Below are positions 40,581 to 52,579 of a stretch of DNA of 64,000 bases, in pieces. The notes below the pieces were generated by a model that saw only the letters and a program-made list of their open reading frames with translations, was not told the DNA's origin and made no database searches. Both the position numbers and the translations under genes were made by a program. Positions within the stretch are counted from its first letter, which is position 1; the number at the start of each line of letters is the position of its first letter. The stretch lies in the sequence record NC_028999.1; one strand, written 5' to 3'.

Positions 40581-41408
40581 ATGTCGTCTGAAGTCCAACC
40601 GAACATTCTCGGTGCACGATATACCCATTGTTTTATTCGTATTACTGGGGACCTGGAAGGAGCACGTTCTTTCTTCTACATTGAGGACGTTGATGGCTTA
40701 GGTTTACGGAAAACTGAAGAGCAACAAGAAGCTAAAGTCTTCCGCAATGATTTCGTGGATACTCTGTGGCTACCTTTGATTAAGAAACACCTGATGGCCA
40801 GCTACGATCGTACTAAAGGTAATCACATCTGGAGTATTCACGTCGTACCTCTGGTAGTTGTTGAAACTGATACTCGCCATTTCCACCTAGAAGTAAACGC
40901 TGATGAATCGGCTGAGTACGTGACTCCAGAAACCGAGATTGATCCGAACAAACTCGTTGTTGCCGAAACGTTCTCTAATGAACATCTCAATGAACTGACG
41001 GTTGAAGGTGAACTCAAACCACTGGATCCAGAATTGCTGTACAGCAATAGCTCGTTCATTGAAAAGAGTATCCGTAGTGTTGCGCAAGTTCCTCCACCTG
41101 ATGCGTTTGAAACCTACGAAGAACATTCAGCTTATGACGTGATCCAAGCATTGCGCCGAGTAGGCGAGTTGTCTAAAGTACAATCAATCACCGGTTCTCA
41201 TCAGCATACCTTCCACATGGAAACCAATGATGAAGGTAGCTTTGTTATTCACAAAGTCAGTATCCCTGGCATTGTATCGCCGACTGAATGGGGCGACCTA
41301 ATCGAGAAAGCAAAAGCATCCGGTTGGTATAACCTGTCTGCCGAGCAGTATGGTAAAGGTTCCGCGACTTACCAGGTTCTAAATCTCTGGCGAAAGCTGG
41401 ACATCTGA
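40581..41408 (+). CDS. Hypothetical early protein
   Basis: 275 aa, aggag RBS, first gene after the early promoter. Confidence 0.7.
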   Translation: MSSEVQPNILGARYTHCFIRITGDLEGARSFFYIEDVDGLGLRKTEEQQEAKVFRNDFVDTLWLPLIKKHLMASYDRTKGNHIWSIHVVPLVVVETDTRHFHLEVNADESAEYVTPETEIDPNKLVVAETFSNEHLNELTVEGELKPLDPELLYSNSSFIEKSIRSVAQVPPPDAFETYEEHSAYDVIQALRRVGELSKVQSITGSHQHTFHMETNDEGSFVIHKVSIPGIVSPTEWGDLIEKAKASGWYNLSAEQYGKGSATYQVLNLWRKLDI

Positions 41409-41443
41409 CAGATCGTATGTAACTAACCCATTGAGGCATTATA

Positions 41444-41815
41444 ATGGCTTTCCCGACGTACGAATCTCTGCTAGATATCATTCAAGCAGATCAACCTGAT
41501 TACGCTACCATGCTTGCTGCTTTGCAAGCTGACATGGCAGACAATGACAAGGTGCTGGCCGGCTATCGCGTCCTCACCAAAGGCAACAAAGCGAGCCACG
41601 GTTTTGCTTTTCATGTCAAGGGCTGGTTCAGTGCCGCTGACTTGAAACAACTCAAAACCGATGTAGAAGCCGGTGGCGATATGACGATCTTTGAAACTAC
41701 GGCGTTCCAATGTCCAATGCCGCCCAACAGTGCTACGTTACCGCTGGCAGCTGAGGACAGTGTAGGTTATTCAACTACCCGCTGGACTCGTGTGATCCTG
41801 ACTGCCAAAGAGTGA
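41444..41815 (+). CDS. Hypothetical protein
   Basis: 123 aa, gagg RBS, followed by terminator 41822-41839. Confidence 0.7.
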   Translation: MAFPTYESLLDIIQADQPDYATMLAALQADMADNDKVLAGYRVLTKGNKASHGFAFHVKGWFSAADLKQLKTDVEAGGDMTIFETTAFQCPMPPNSATLPLAAEDSVGYSTTRWTRVILTAKE

Positions 41816-41860
41816 TAAAACGCCTCCCTTCGGGGAGGCCTTTATTTCGCAAGGAAGATT

Positions 41861-42307
41861 ATGACTTGGGATAAAGAGTTCCTGAACACCATGAGTAAGG
41901 AAGAAGCTTTCCGACTCTTGGATGCTCAAGGTAAGTTCCGCAAGGATTTACAAAAGAGCCGTTATTGGATGCTTGATGAATCCACCGGGGAGTACGGTTG
42001 GTTCTGGGACATTCAAGGCGTTAAACCAAGGATCGTGGCGGCCTGTAACCGTTGGAAGGATGTGTATTTCATCGCCTCTCGTCATTCCTCCGACGTGATG
42101 ACCACACAGCAACTGTTATACGGCGGTATCCACGTTCTCCATGAATACGCAGGAGAAGATCACGATCAAGGTTTCATCGACCAGTTCGATGTATTCCACA
42201 CTCGTGAACAGGCTGCAATCATCGCTAAGGAAAACGGACAACTGTTCCGTGCCGATCGTGATGATCGCCACGTGGGTAATAATCTCTTCTCCGAAGATCT
42301 CTACTAG
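41861..42307 (+). CDS. Conserved phage hypothetical protein
   Basis: IVAAC...RH...DQGFIDQFDVFHTREQAAIIAKENGQ...LFSEDLY, a pattern I recognise as common in phage hypotheticals. Confidence 0.65.
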   Translation: MTWDKEFLNTMSKEEAFRLLDAQGKFRKDLQKSRYWMLDESTGEYGWFWDIQGVKPRIVAACNRWKDVYFIASRHSSDVMTTQQLLYGGIHVLHEYAGEDHDQGFIDQFDVFHTREQAAIIAKENGQLFRADRDDRHVGNNLFSEDLY

Positions 42308-42471
42308 GTAAATCCATGACCATCAACAACAAACGACCATCTCATTTCCGAGCTGACATTATTTTCCATGGGATCAACCTGATCCTAGAGAAATGTGCAG
42401 ATCTCTGCGATCGGTAGTAAACCCGGTCAGATGTTCGTACACCTGCAAAAGACAAGCGTAACGAGTTCCAA

Positions 42472-42747
42472 GTGATCCATACCAATTCCCCCATCCTCCT
42501 TAACCTACAGGACCAAGGACGAATTGTGCTGGAGTTCGATCGGACGAATCCCGATTGCCCTCTGTTGAAATACCCTGACGATGACATGGTTATCCTGGCC
42601 ATCGTTAAGGCTGCAAAGATTCACGTTGATAAACCGTTCATGTTCCTCGATCAACTCGAAGAAGAATTCGGCTACCGACTCAACTGGAGCTCTGGATTGT
42701 TCGATGAGACCAAGGACATCACCAGTATCGAACTGCGGAAACACTAA
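42472..42747 (+). CDS. Hypothetical protein (start uncertain)
   Basis: 91 aa ORF from GTG; in frame with an upstream 33-codon ORF at 42316. Confidence 0.5.
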   Translation: MIHTNSPILLNLQDQGRIVLEFDRTNPDCPLLKYPDDDMVILAIVKAAKIHVDKPFMFLDQLEEEFGYRLNWSSGLFDETKDITSIELRKH

Positions 42748-42778
42748 TTTCGCTGATATCAGCAACTAGGATATTCCA

Positions 42779-43171
42779 ATGCAGATTAACACTCCCGCTG
42801 AAGTTTACAACCTGATCAAATTCGCCAAGGCTAATCCAACTATTACTGAAGAAGACTATTATCTGAAACGGTCATTGATGTTGGCTGTCGAAGAAGCTCT
42901 CAGTAATCCAGCTACAGTGGAGCGCTGTCAGTTCACCAAGGATCATTGGGGGCACTCGGGCATTGGCGTTGAACTAGAGTTCACGATCAGTCGACATTAC
43001 ATTCAACCAGAAGCGGTTGATATGATCAAACAGGCACTGCGTGACAGTGGTTGGCCTTATGTTGACCTCACCCAGATCAAACGGTTTGACATGAATAACG
43101 GTCCATCTAAGTACACTGTCAAGATCACTCTGGCTAATAAGCCGCTGGAGAACAATGGAACAGTATCCTGA
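42779..43171 (+). CDS. Hypothetical protein
   Basis: 130 aa, agga RBS. Confidence 0.65.
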   Translation: MQINTPAEVYNLIKFAKANPTITEEDYYLKRSLMLAVEEALSNPATVERCQFTKDHWGHSGIGVELEFTISRHYIQPEAVDMIKQALRDSGWPYVDLTQIKRFDMNNGPSKYTVKITLANKPLENNGTVS

Positions 43172-43340
43172 TATCGATGAGTGGAATAATCCCGATTGGG
43201 AAGCTGGTGGTCGGATCCACAACTGGCGGCGTTACGCCGGGCAGGATCTTCGTTTGGTGTGGAATACGTTCTCACTGGACCAGAAACAAGCCATCTACAA
43301 AACACTCGATGAAGTAGCTGGTAACGAACACTGGGATTAA
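43155..43340 (+). CDS. Small conserved phage hypothetical protein
   Basis: WNNPDWEAGGRIHNWRRY...W..FS..QK.A...EHWD pattern; ggag RBS. Confidence 0.65.
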   Translation: MEQYPDIDEWNNPDWEAGGRIHNWRRYAGQDLRLVWNTFSLDQKQAIYKTLDEVAGNEHWD

Positions 43341-43411
43341 GGAGTCTAGCATGCCAGTCTATGAACAGGTCTATACGCGATTTAGTAGATAGTGCCAAAG
43401 GAGGCAATCTC

Positions 43412-43573
43412 ATGTCGCGTAGTTCCCATTCAAAACATCAGTGGTCCAAAGAATTTTGGTCCCGTCGTCCAATGCGTTATTTCATCTCCTGTAAATGGGC
43501 TAAGGTGAAATGCCACCGGATCGAAAGGATGGAAGAGCGTAAACTCATCCATACCGAAATGCAACAGCTGTAA
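43412..43573 (+). CDS. Small basic hypothetical protein
   Basis: aaggagg RBS, ATG 43412, followed by terminator 43577-43600. Confidence 0.55.
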   Translation: MSRSSHSKHQWSKEFWSRRPMRYFISCKWAKVKCHRIERMEERKLIHTEMQQL

Positions 43574-43614
43574 AATAGTGGGAGGCTTCGGCCTCCCACT
43601 TATTCCATCTCAAG

Positions 43615-44058
43615 GTGAATACAATGGCTATCCCAAGTCCACAACAGGTATACCAACACGATAAACTGTTGGATCGTCAGTACCAACAGGTAGAAGATTA
43701 CCTCGTTGAATTCATGCACGATGATAAAAGAATGAATGAGGTTCTCCACAGGAACACCAGTTATCGTCATGGTCAGGAAGTGGTGTACAGCATCCCAGTT
43801 CCAATGAGCCGCTTCCCTTTCATGGACGAGATCTATGGCGCTCGTTTAGTGAAAGCATTCAAGGTTGCCGGCTGGAACGCCGAGTATAAGGCCGTCGATA
43901 TGGAATCGACAATGCGACTGGCATCGGCAGGCAATGCTGTAATTGAAGGCGACTCCTATTTCCACATCTATCGTCCTAAGGAATCTCTGAGTGAAGAACT
44001 CCTGGTCCGACTCTTCAATGAACACTCACCCATCGTTGTTTGTGCGCCTCATCGATAA
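43615..44058 (+). CDS. Hypothetical protein
   Basis: 147 aa ORF after the terminator. Confidence 0.6.
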   Translation: MNTMAIPSPQQVYQHDKLLDRQYQQVEDYLVEFMHDDKRMNEVLHRNTSYRHGQEVVYSIPVPMSRFPFMDEIYGARLVKAFKVAGWNAEYKAVDMESTMRLASAGNAVIEGDSYFHIYRPKESLSEELLVRLFNEHSPIVVCAPHR

Positions 44059-44383
44059 ATCGAAAATTGAGGGTATCCTAACGAGTATTAGAGAGCGGGG
44101 AATCAATGAGGGTGACACGGTATACGCTAGACACCTGATTGGTCGTAAGGCTTGCTGTGAAGCCCCAGCTGCTCTGTTTTGTCGTCGTAACGATGTGCTT
44201 ATCGTTACTGGAATAGAAGTTGACAGTACCGGTAAGATCTGGTACAGGGTACGACATGCTAAAGGAACTGGCGAATGGTCGGTTGGCTTTCGTGATATCA
44301 CGAAGATGAAACCATTTAGCCACAACTACAGCGACGAACAGAAGTACTACGATTCTCAGCGTGAACAAGATTACGTGGGGTAG
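43991..44383 (+). CDS. Hypothetical protein (start uncertain)
   Basis: ORF fills the gap to 44387. Confidence 0.5.
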   Translation: MKNSWSDSSMNTHPSLFVRLIDKSKIEGILTSIRERGINEGDTVYARHLIGRKACCEAPAALFCRRNDVLIVTGIEVDSTGKIWYRVRHAKGTGEWSVGFRDITKMKPFSHNYSDEQKYYDSQREQDYVG

Positions 44384-44386
44384 TAA

Positions 44387-44941
44387 ATGAAAGAGAACCG
44401 CGATAAACATCAAGTAGTCATGGCCACTGAGGTGTTTAACCGTCTATTGGCTTTTGCCGAAGATGGCGCAAAGATGGCTGGGGTTAGCTTGGCTGATGAC
44501 AAGCGACATATCCGTAAGTTCAATCTTCACTTACATCAACAACGTATCCAAGAAGTTGCCGAAGATGATCGGCAACGACGAGAATGGTACAAGCGCGCCA
44601 AGGAAATCGTTAATAAACACCGGGGTGAGCAGATTGTTTACCATGACGGTAAAGGTCACTACCGTTATGTCAAGGTCATCGGTTTAGGTAAACCCAAACA
44701 CATGCTTCGGGTAGGTCACAATGTAGTCGACCAATCGGTGATCGATCAGCAGAGTACGCCCCATAATTACAAGCATGACTGCTGGGTTGCTGAAGTACCA
44801 GTGTGGCAGCTGGGTGGTAGCATACCGGATGATTACAAAATGATGTTCTCTGGCCCGTACACCGGTTGGTGGGTTTCCCCCGAGCGGAAAGCCGTACTGG
44901 AATCGTGCCAGTCGCTGGTAGTGAGCCTCTGGTATGATTAA
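44387..44941 (+). CDS. Hypothetical protein, paralog of 47194-47787
   Basis: QVVMATEVFNRLLAFA...HIRKFN...NKHRGEQIVY. Confidence 0.65.
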   Translation: MKENRDKHQVVMATEVFNRLLAFAEDGAKMAGVSLADDKRHIRKFNLHLHQQRIQEVAEDDRQRREWYKRAKEIVNKHRGEQIVYHDGKGHYRYVKVIGLGKPKHMLRVGHNVVDQSVIDQQSTPHNYKHDCWVAEVPVWQLGGSIPDDYKMMFSGPYTGWWVSPERKAVLESCQSLVVSLWYD

Positions 44942-45194
44942 CCCAGCACATCATCCGCTGGCTCCTGTGACCAGTCATAAGCTCTTCGACATTTTCAGGA
45001 AATGTGCGGAAACGTCAAAAGGTAGATGGCGTAATCTACAGGAGTCTAAAGGGTATATTAGCCTCACCATACCCCACCAGGACTACAATGCGTATTTCTG
45101 GGAACTCATTAGTCTGTATAAGTGTCGGATAGTTCATACACATTCAGTTAATGAACAATTCATTGATATCGTGATCTCTAAAGAATCGGAGTGA
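44934..45194 (+). CDS. Hypothetical protein
   Basis: 86 aa ORF overlapping the upstream stop. Confidence 0.5.
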   Translation: MINPAHHPLAPVTSHKLFDIFRKCAETSKGRWRNLQESKGYISLTIPHQDYNAYFWELISLYKCRIVHTHSVNEQFIDIVISKESE

Positions 45195-45197
45195 ACC

Positions 45198-45851
45198 ATG
45201 GACCGTAAGGGTTACGTTGCAATAGTCGAGTCACGCACTGTTCCCGAAACTGTACTGGAGCTGATGATTCGACTGGGACGTACTCACACGGACCATGGTT
45301 GGGCTGTTAGTTCTGGTGACGCCTACGACTCCGATCGTGCAGGTTGGTACGGCGCTGTGCAGTCGAAACACTACGATACAGTGGGTTCACGGATCTACCT
45401 GGCCAGTGGTACTGGTCGGAACTGGTATCGTATCCGTGACCATAAGAACTTCATGGATGCAACTCAGTTTACCGATACGTGGGCTGATGCTCGTGCAATG
45501 GCTATAACGGCGAGGGGTTCTTTCGGAGGACTGAATGAATTTTGTCAGGCGTTGCACACCCGTAACGTTTACCAAATTCATGGACATACCCTAGATGAAC
45601 TGGTAGAGCGCCTGTTCTATTACGCTAAACCCATAGGGAAACGTGAGAATGAACGAGTTGACGGTGGCACTAATACCGCTTTGCGTTTGAGCGTAATGGC
45701 GGGTGTACCCATCCGAAAGAATCTCTACTTCGAAGATGATCGTCAGTGGTGCCTTGATTGGCTAGCTGAAAATGAACTGGACTACCCTTATCAGGAGATT
45801 GATTGGAATGCAATCCATAACCCACGCGACCCAAGAGTCCTCGATTTCTGA
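45198..45851 (+). CDS. SLOG/DprA(Smf)-like nucleotide-binding protein
   Basis: YVAIVESRTVP...VSSGDAYDSDRAG...LHTRNVYQIHG...GGTNTALRL. Confidence 0.6.
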   Translation: MDRKGYVAIVESRTVPETVLELMIRLGRTHTDHGWAVSSGDAYDSDRAGWYGAVQSKHYDTVGSRIYLASGTGRNWYRIRDHKNFMDATQFTDTWADARAMAITARGSFGGLNEFCQALHTRNVYQIHGHTLDELVERLFYYAKPIGKRENERVDGGTNTALRLSVMAGVPIRKNLYFEDDRQWCLDWLAENELDYPYQEIDWNAIHNPRDPRVLDF

Positions 45852-45896
45852 ACGTGGTATTTTATCACAAGAAGTTCTGGATGGAGTGAAGACGCT

Positions 45897-46256
45897 GTGA
45901 AGGACTCTAAGCTAAAAGATCCTACCCCTGTGCTGGATTTCATTGCCAGTATCCATGCCCCACTGAAAATTAAAAACGGATTGGTAGCTGACAATATCGA
46001 ACACCGCGTGAGAGAATCGATGCGGAGCATGCTCTGCGATATAGGTGCCCGTAACGAGAAATTCGCGCACCACATCATCGATCGGATTCGGTTGGAGGAA
46101 GCAGATCGGGATGAACGTATCCAGTTCGACCGTAATATTCGATCCAAGTCCATGGATGAGTTGATGGTGTGGGCTAACGTTCAGCTGTGCATCATTGGGG
46201 GTGCACCTGCAACACTCGCTATTGATAAAGCCTGTAGGAGGTTGATGTGGGCTTGA
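45897..46256 (+). CDS. Hypothetical protein
   Basis: 119 aa ORF, ggag RBS. Confidence 0.55.
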   Translation: MKDSKLKDPTPVLDFIASIHAPLKIKNGLVADNIEHRVRESMRSMLCDIGARNEKFAHHIIDRIRLEEADRDERIQFDRNIRSKSMDELMVWANVQLCIIGGAPATLAIDKACRRLMWA

Positions 46257-46597
46257 ACGTTTCTCGCAATAAACTGTTCCGGATGGTGAGCATTATCCGT
46301 CGGCAAGTTCCGGTAGCTGCCCATCCGGTTCAGGAATACGAGGCTACCATTGAAACGCAGATGTTGGAGCGTATCTCTGGTAAACCACGTTGGATGAAAG
46401 CTCAGACCATTAAAATGTCAGATGCTTACGCCAAGCGGCTAATGGATAAGCTGACATATTTACCTCCACCGGGTTACGATCTGGCGAAGATACAGGAATA
46501 TAAGCCAGTGGAAATCGATCCATGCTTTAAACGGTTTAATACGGATATTTCCGTTCGAATTGAACCTCACTACAACGCAATCCTTAAAGGTGTGTAA
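46247..46597 (+). CDS. Hypothetical protein
   Basis: 116 aa ORF, aggagg RBS. Confidence 0.6.
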   Translation: MGLNVSRNKLFRMVSIIRRQVPVAAHPVQEYEATIETQMLERISGKPRWMKAQTIKMSDAYAKRLMDKLTYLPPPGYDLAKIQEYKPVEIDPCFKRFNTDISVRIEPHYNAILKGV

Positions 46598-47184
46598 TGA
46601 ACAAGTCTAAGATTCCGGTAGTGGTTCCTGATTTCGCATTGGATGCTCCGAAGCCGGCGGCATGGCATAGTCCAGTGGTATTCCGTCAAGGTCAGTCCAT
46701 GGGCAAATCAACCGATGGTGATCAAGTTTTTAATGACTACTTAAACCACGTTTATATGCCAGCGTACCATGATCTTATTAATGGCCGCCTTAACGGTGGT
46801 CTTAAACATGGTGAGCTCTTCGTACTACAACATGGCTTGAATGTCGGCTCCGGTCGCCATAACCCCAACAAAACGAACCTCTACGCAGAACGTCTTATGG
46901 CCGAGCGTTTTGCACAGCAGAACAAACTGCGGGAACTGGAAGGCAGTCCTATTCCGGAGGTTCGTAAGAACCCGGTCACCGCTGCTGTACAGATGGTCGT
47001 TCAAGGTCGCTTGTCTGCACTGCGTGACTGGTTTGAAACCAAGCACGAAATGTGGATCACTTGGATCAATGGCTTGGTAGCTTCGGGTCTGGTACATCGT
47101 ACCAACGAAGGTAACAGTATCTACTGGTACGACATTGAAGGTAATATGTCAGAACTGCTCGATCCCAACAAAGTTTATTGCTAA
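46597..47184 (+). CDS. Hypothetical protein, paralog of 47797-48263
   Basis: MNKSKIPVVVPDFALDAPKP...SMGKS...RNP...AV..VVQGRL..LR.WF...W..WIN...LLDPNKVYC. Confidence 0.7.
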   Translation: MNKSKIPVVVPDFALDAPKPAAWHSPVVFRQGQSMGKSTDGDQVFNDYLNHVYMPAYHDLINGRLNGGLKHGELFVLQHGLNVGSGRHNPNKTNLYAERLMAERFAQQNKLRELEGSPIPEVRKNPVTAAVQMVVQGRLSALRDWFETKHEMWITWINGLVASGLVHRTNEGNSIYWYDIEGNMSELLDPNKVYC

Positions 47185-47193
47185 GGACTCAAC

Positions 47194-47787
47194 ATGGAAC
47201 GCAACCACAACGAACAACAAGTAATCCTTTCCCTAGAGATGTACAATACGCTGCTAGCGATGGCTGCCGACAGCCCCCGCTATACAACCAAACGGATTGA
47301 GAAGCATGTCCGTAAGTTCAACCCGTATCTGCAACTTCCACATCAGCTCAGGGTTAAGGAGTTCGAAGCTTATCGCTCAAAGGAGATCCGTGAAGCACGA
47401 GCGTTCTTCAATAAGCATGTCGGCCAAACTGTTTATGCTCTAGTGAATATGGGCTCTTCCCGTGTGGAAGGCGAGAACGTATTCTGTCCCGTGGTGGTGA
47501 AACGACTGGACAAAGACCGTCGGTTCATCCGAGTCGCTGAAGTAAGTGATATTACGTTGGGTCTAAAGTGCACTGTTCGCGTATCGGCTAGTTCGCTTGC
47601 GCTGGAAATCCCTGATGACTTCATTGACGGAGTTGGAGCTTATCGTCGGTACAGGATTCGTGAGAACGGTCCGTTTGATATCCGTAAGAAAGAAGCCGAA
47701 GCGCAAGAAAAACGCCTATTGGATTCGCAAACGCACGTTCAATCCGAGATGTGTGATGAAGACATCCGCGTCGAAGTACGTGACTAG
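47194..47787 (+). CDS. Hypothetical protein, paralog of 44387-44941
   Basis: QVILSLEMYNTLLAMA...HVRKFN...NKHVGQTVY. Confidence 0.7.
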   Translation: MERNHNEQQVILSLEMYNTLLAMAADSPRYTTKRIEKHVRKFNPYLQLPHQLRVKEFEAYRSKEIREARAFFNKHVGQTVYALVNMGSSRVEGENVFCPVVVKRLDKDRRFIRVAEVSDITLGLKCTVRVSASSLALEIPDDFIDGVGAYRRYRIRENGPFDIRKKEAEAQEKRLLDSQTHVQSEMCDEDIRVEVRD

Positions 47788-47796
47788 GAGACTAAC

Positions 47797-48263
47797 ATGG
47801 CTAAATCGCGTATCCCTGTAGTAATTCCCGATTACGTGCTGGATGCACCGAAGCCCATGGCGACTGAACCGTTCATGGGTGCTTATGTAACTGCTTATCG
47901 TGGTTCGGCCATGGGGAAATCGGAACACCTCAGTCACCTCAAGGATGGCTTACATCCAGGTGAATTGGCGAAGATGAATGATTATCTAGAATACCTGGGG
48001 AGACTCCGCGATCTGGGAGGCACTGAATATCCACAGGTTAATCGTAATCCACTGGCACACGCGGTTAAGCTGGTAGTACAGGGGCGCTTGGATGATCTAC
48101 GTAACTGGTTTGATGTCAAAGAGAAAATGTGGTGGTCCTGGATCAATTGTACAGAATATTCCGGCGTGCGCCATCGTTTGATTTCATGGTTTACGTATAC
48201 CTGAACATGGAAGCCAACGGCGATGACTTGATGGATCCAAACAAGATTTACTGTGGTAGATAA
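47797..48263 (+). pseudogene. Frameshifted paralog of 46597-47184 (frame 0 ends 48204; homologous C-terminus in the -1 frame to 48263)
   Basis: The -1 frame from 48183 reads FMVYVYLNMEANGDDLMDPNKIYCGR*, matching the paralog's LLDPNKVYC. Confidence 0.55.
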
Positions 48264-48294
48264 TCAGATAGGCTAAAACAAGGAAAGCTCTTAA

Positions 48295-48873
48295 ATGTCT
48301 GTACTCTCTGATAAAACTATTGCCCGCCTGTGCAATGGTGACCTCCCGATGATCGAACCGTTCTTTGCGGAATCGATCAAGCACGCTGAGGATGGTCACC
48401 GCATTGCTTCGTACGGTGTGAGCAGTTACGGTTATGACCTTCGCGCTGCTGGGGAATTCAAACTCTTCAAAGGTGTCCCGGAAGGGCAGGCTGTAGACTA
48501 CAAGAACATCACCGAAGACATGTTCGAAACCGTAGTTGGCGATAAGATCATCATCCCACCGCACGGCTTTATCCTGACTCGTTCTGTGGAGTACGTCCGT
48601 ATTCCGCGTAACGTACTGGCACTGTGCATCGGTAAGTCGACTATCGCCCGTGTGGGCATCAACTGTCTGTGCACTCCGATCGAACCGGAATGGGAAGGCC
48701 ACATCACCTTCGAATTCCACAACACTCTCGATCAACCGAACACCTTCTATGCCAACGAAGGTGTACTGCAACTGGTCTTCATCGAAGGCGATGAGCCGTG
48801 CATTACTTCGTATGCCGATCGTGGCGGTAAGTACCAGGGTCAGGGCGCCAACATCGTTCTACCGAAAGTGTAA
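48295..48873 (+). CDS. dcd: dCTP deaminase
   Basis: SYGVSSYGYDLR, IIIPPHGFIL.RSVEY..IPRNVL..CIGKSTIARVGI, TPIEPEWEGHITFE, YQGQ. Confidence 0.95.
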   Translation: MSVLSDKTIARLCNGDLPMIEPFFAESIKHAEDGHRIASYGVSSYGYDLRAAGEFKLFKGVPEGQAVDYKNITEDMFETVVGDKIIIPPHGFILTRSVEYVRIPRNVLALCIGKSTIARVGINCLCTPIEPEWEGHITFEFHNTLDQPNTFYANEGVLQLVFIEGDEPCITSYADRGGKYQGQGANIVLPKV

Positions 48874-48894
48874 AAACTTTTAGATCTATATCAC
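48872..48894 (+). promoter_or_regulatory. Variant early promoter (TATATCAC)
   Basis: aaaaacttttagatcTATATCAC; one mismatch to TATATTAC, with the same AT-rich upstream context. Confidence 0.5.
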
Positions 48895-48934
48895 GCCTTT
48901 GAATTGATTCCAAATCAACAAAAGGAAAATATAA

Positions 48935-49417
48935 ATGGCACGTGTACAAATCAACTCTTTCAAAGGTCTTGGGGAATTGATGGGCAAACCGGTTGAAGTT
49001 AAACCGGAACCGGTTAAGAAAAAGAAACCGAAGCCTGTCAAACGTGAAGATCTGAAGAAGGTTGAGGCGCCGAAGCCTGCTGAATCCGCTAAAGCAGAAG
49101 AGCCTCCTAAAAAGGCTCCCAAACGAAAGCGGGTGCCGCCGCCTCCGGAGAAGCGGGTTGTATATAAAGCCCCCACGACCATCAAGTTTGAAAAGTCCGC
49201 ATCGGAGCGGGCACTCCCAGATACGCGTGGTGTGTCGGAGCTCTGTAAGTTCAAACAAGAACTTTCGAAACACAGTTTGGAACTATTTGGTGGTGTGGTA
49301 CGACGTGTTAAAGACTGGAGTGATAGTCTGTTCCCTATCGAAGAGACCAAGTTCCAGAAAGAACTGATTGCTCAGTTTCAGTTGATCTACAACACGAAGT
49401 TCGTGCAAAAGGTGTGA
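48935..49417 (+). CDS. Basic Lys/Pro-rich hypothetical protein
   Basis: 160 aa, aagga RBS, followed by terminator 49427-49446. Confidence 0.7.
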   Translation: MARVQINSFKGLGELMGKPVEVKPEPVKKKKPKPVKREDLKKVEAPKPAESAKAEEPPKKAPKRKRVPPPPEKRVVYKAPTTIKFEKSASERALPDTRGVSELCKFKQELSKHSLELFGGVVRRVKDWSDSLFPIEETKFQKELIAQFQLIYNTKFVQKV

Positions 49418-49475
49418 CGGCATATTGGGGTTCCTTCGGGAACCCCTCTATGACTATTTTCTTTAGGAGAATCCA

Positions 49476-52023
<2,548 letters not shown>

Positions 52024-52038
52024 GACTTTGGGGATACC

Positions 52039-52293
52039 ATGCTTAATATCATCCGCCGTTTCTTCTTTCAACGTAAGTACAACCGCCTGATGCGTGAACA
52101 GTGGGACGAACGTGAAGCGTTCACCTCTAAAGTTCTCGATCAAGGTCACATGATCATCGCACCGGGCAAAGTGATACCCATTTCCGGTGGTAAGCGTACA
52201 GAAGTAACTGTCGATCTGGACGTCGAATACAAGACCATCCTATGGGAGCAGAAGCGTGCATTAGAGGCGCTGGTGGCGACCAAAAAGTTCTAA
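52039..52293 (+). CDS. Hypothetical protein
   Basis: 84 aa ORF with ggga RBS. Confidence 0.55.
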   Translation: MLNIIRRFFFQRKYNRLMREQWDEREAFTSKVLDQGHMIIAPGKVIPISGGKRTEVTVDLDVEYKTILWEQKRALEALVATKKF

Positions 52294-52310
52294 CAAAAAA
52301 GGATTGGCCC

Positions 52311-52529
52311 GTGAAAACCCTCCTCAGGCGTGCGCTACTCATTATCAGGCATGTACTGTGGTTGATCGGATTCAGTTTTCGGGTAGGTAGTGATCGCATG
52401 GGAGACGTACGTCGGAAATTCAGCGCTGATCGCGGTGGGTACATCCGTCCACTCCATAAAGATCGCAACATGGAACTGAGTCTGCATCAGCTTCACTTTG
52501 AATCTGATTGGCAGTTGGCAAAATATTAA
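52311..52529 (+). CDS. Hypothetical protein
   Basis: aagga RBS, GTG 52311, followed by terminator 52535-52556. Confidence 0.45.
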   Translation: MKTLLRRALLIIRHVLWLIGFSFRVGSDRMGDVRRKFSADRGGYIRPLHKDRNMELSLHQLHFESDWQLAKY

Positions 52530-52579
52530 GGACTAGCCTCTCCTCCGGGAGAGGCTTTATCCCGTTAGGAGAATACAAG

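Noticed and set aside
48184-48771. Long - strand ORFs opposite dcd (also opposite thyA 62231-62968 and 49335-50027)
   Set aside because: Antisense shadows of well-supported + strand genes
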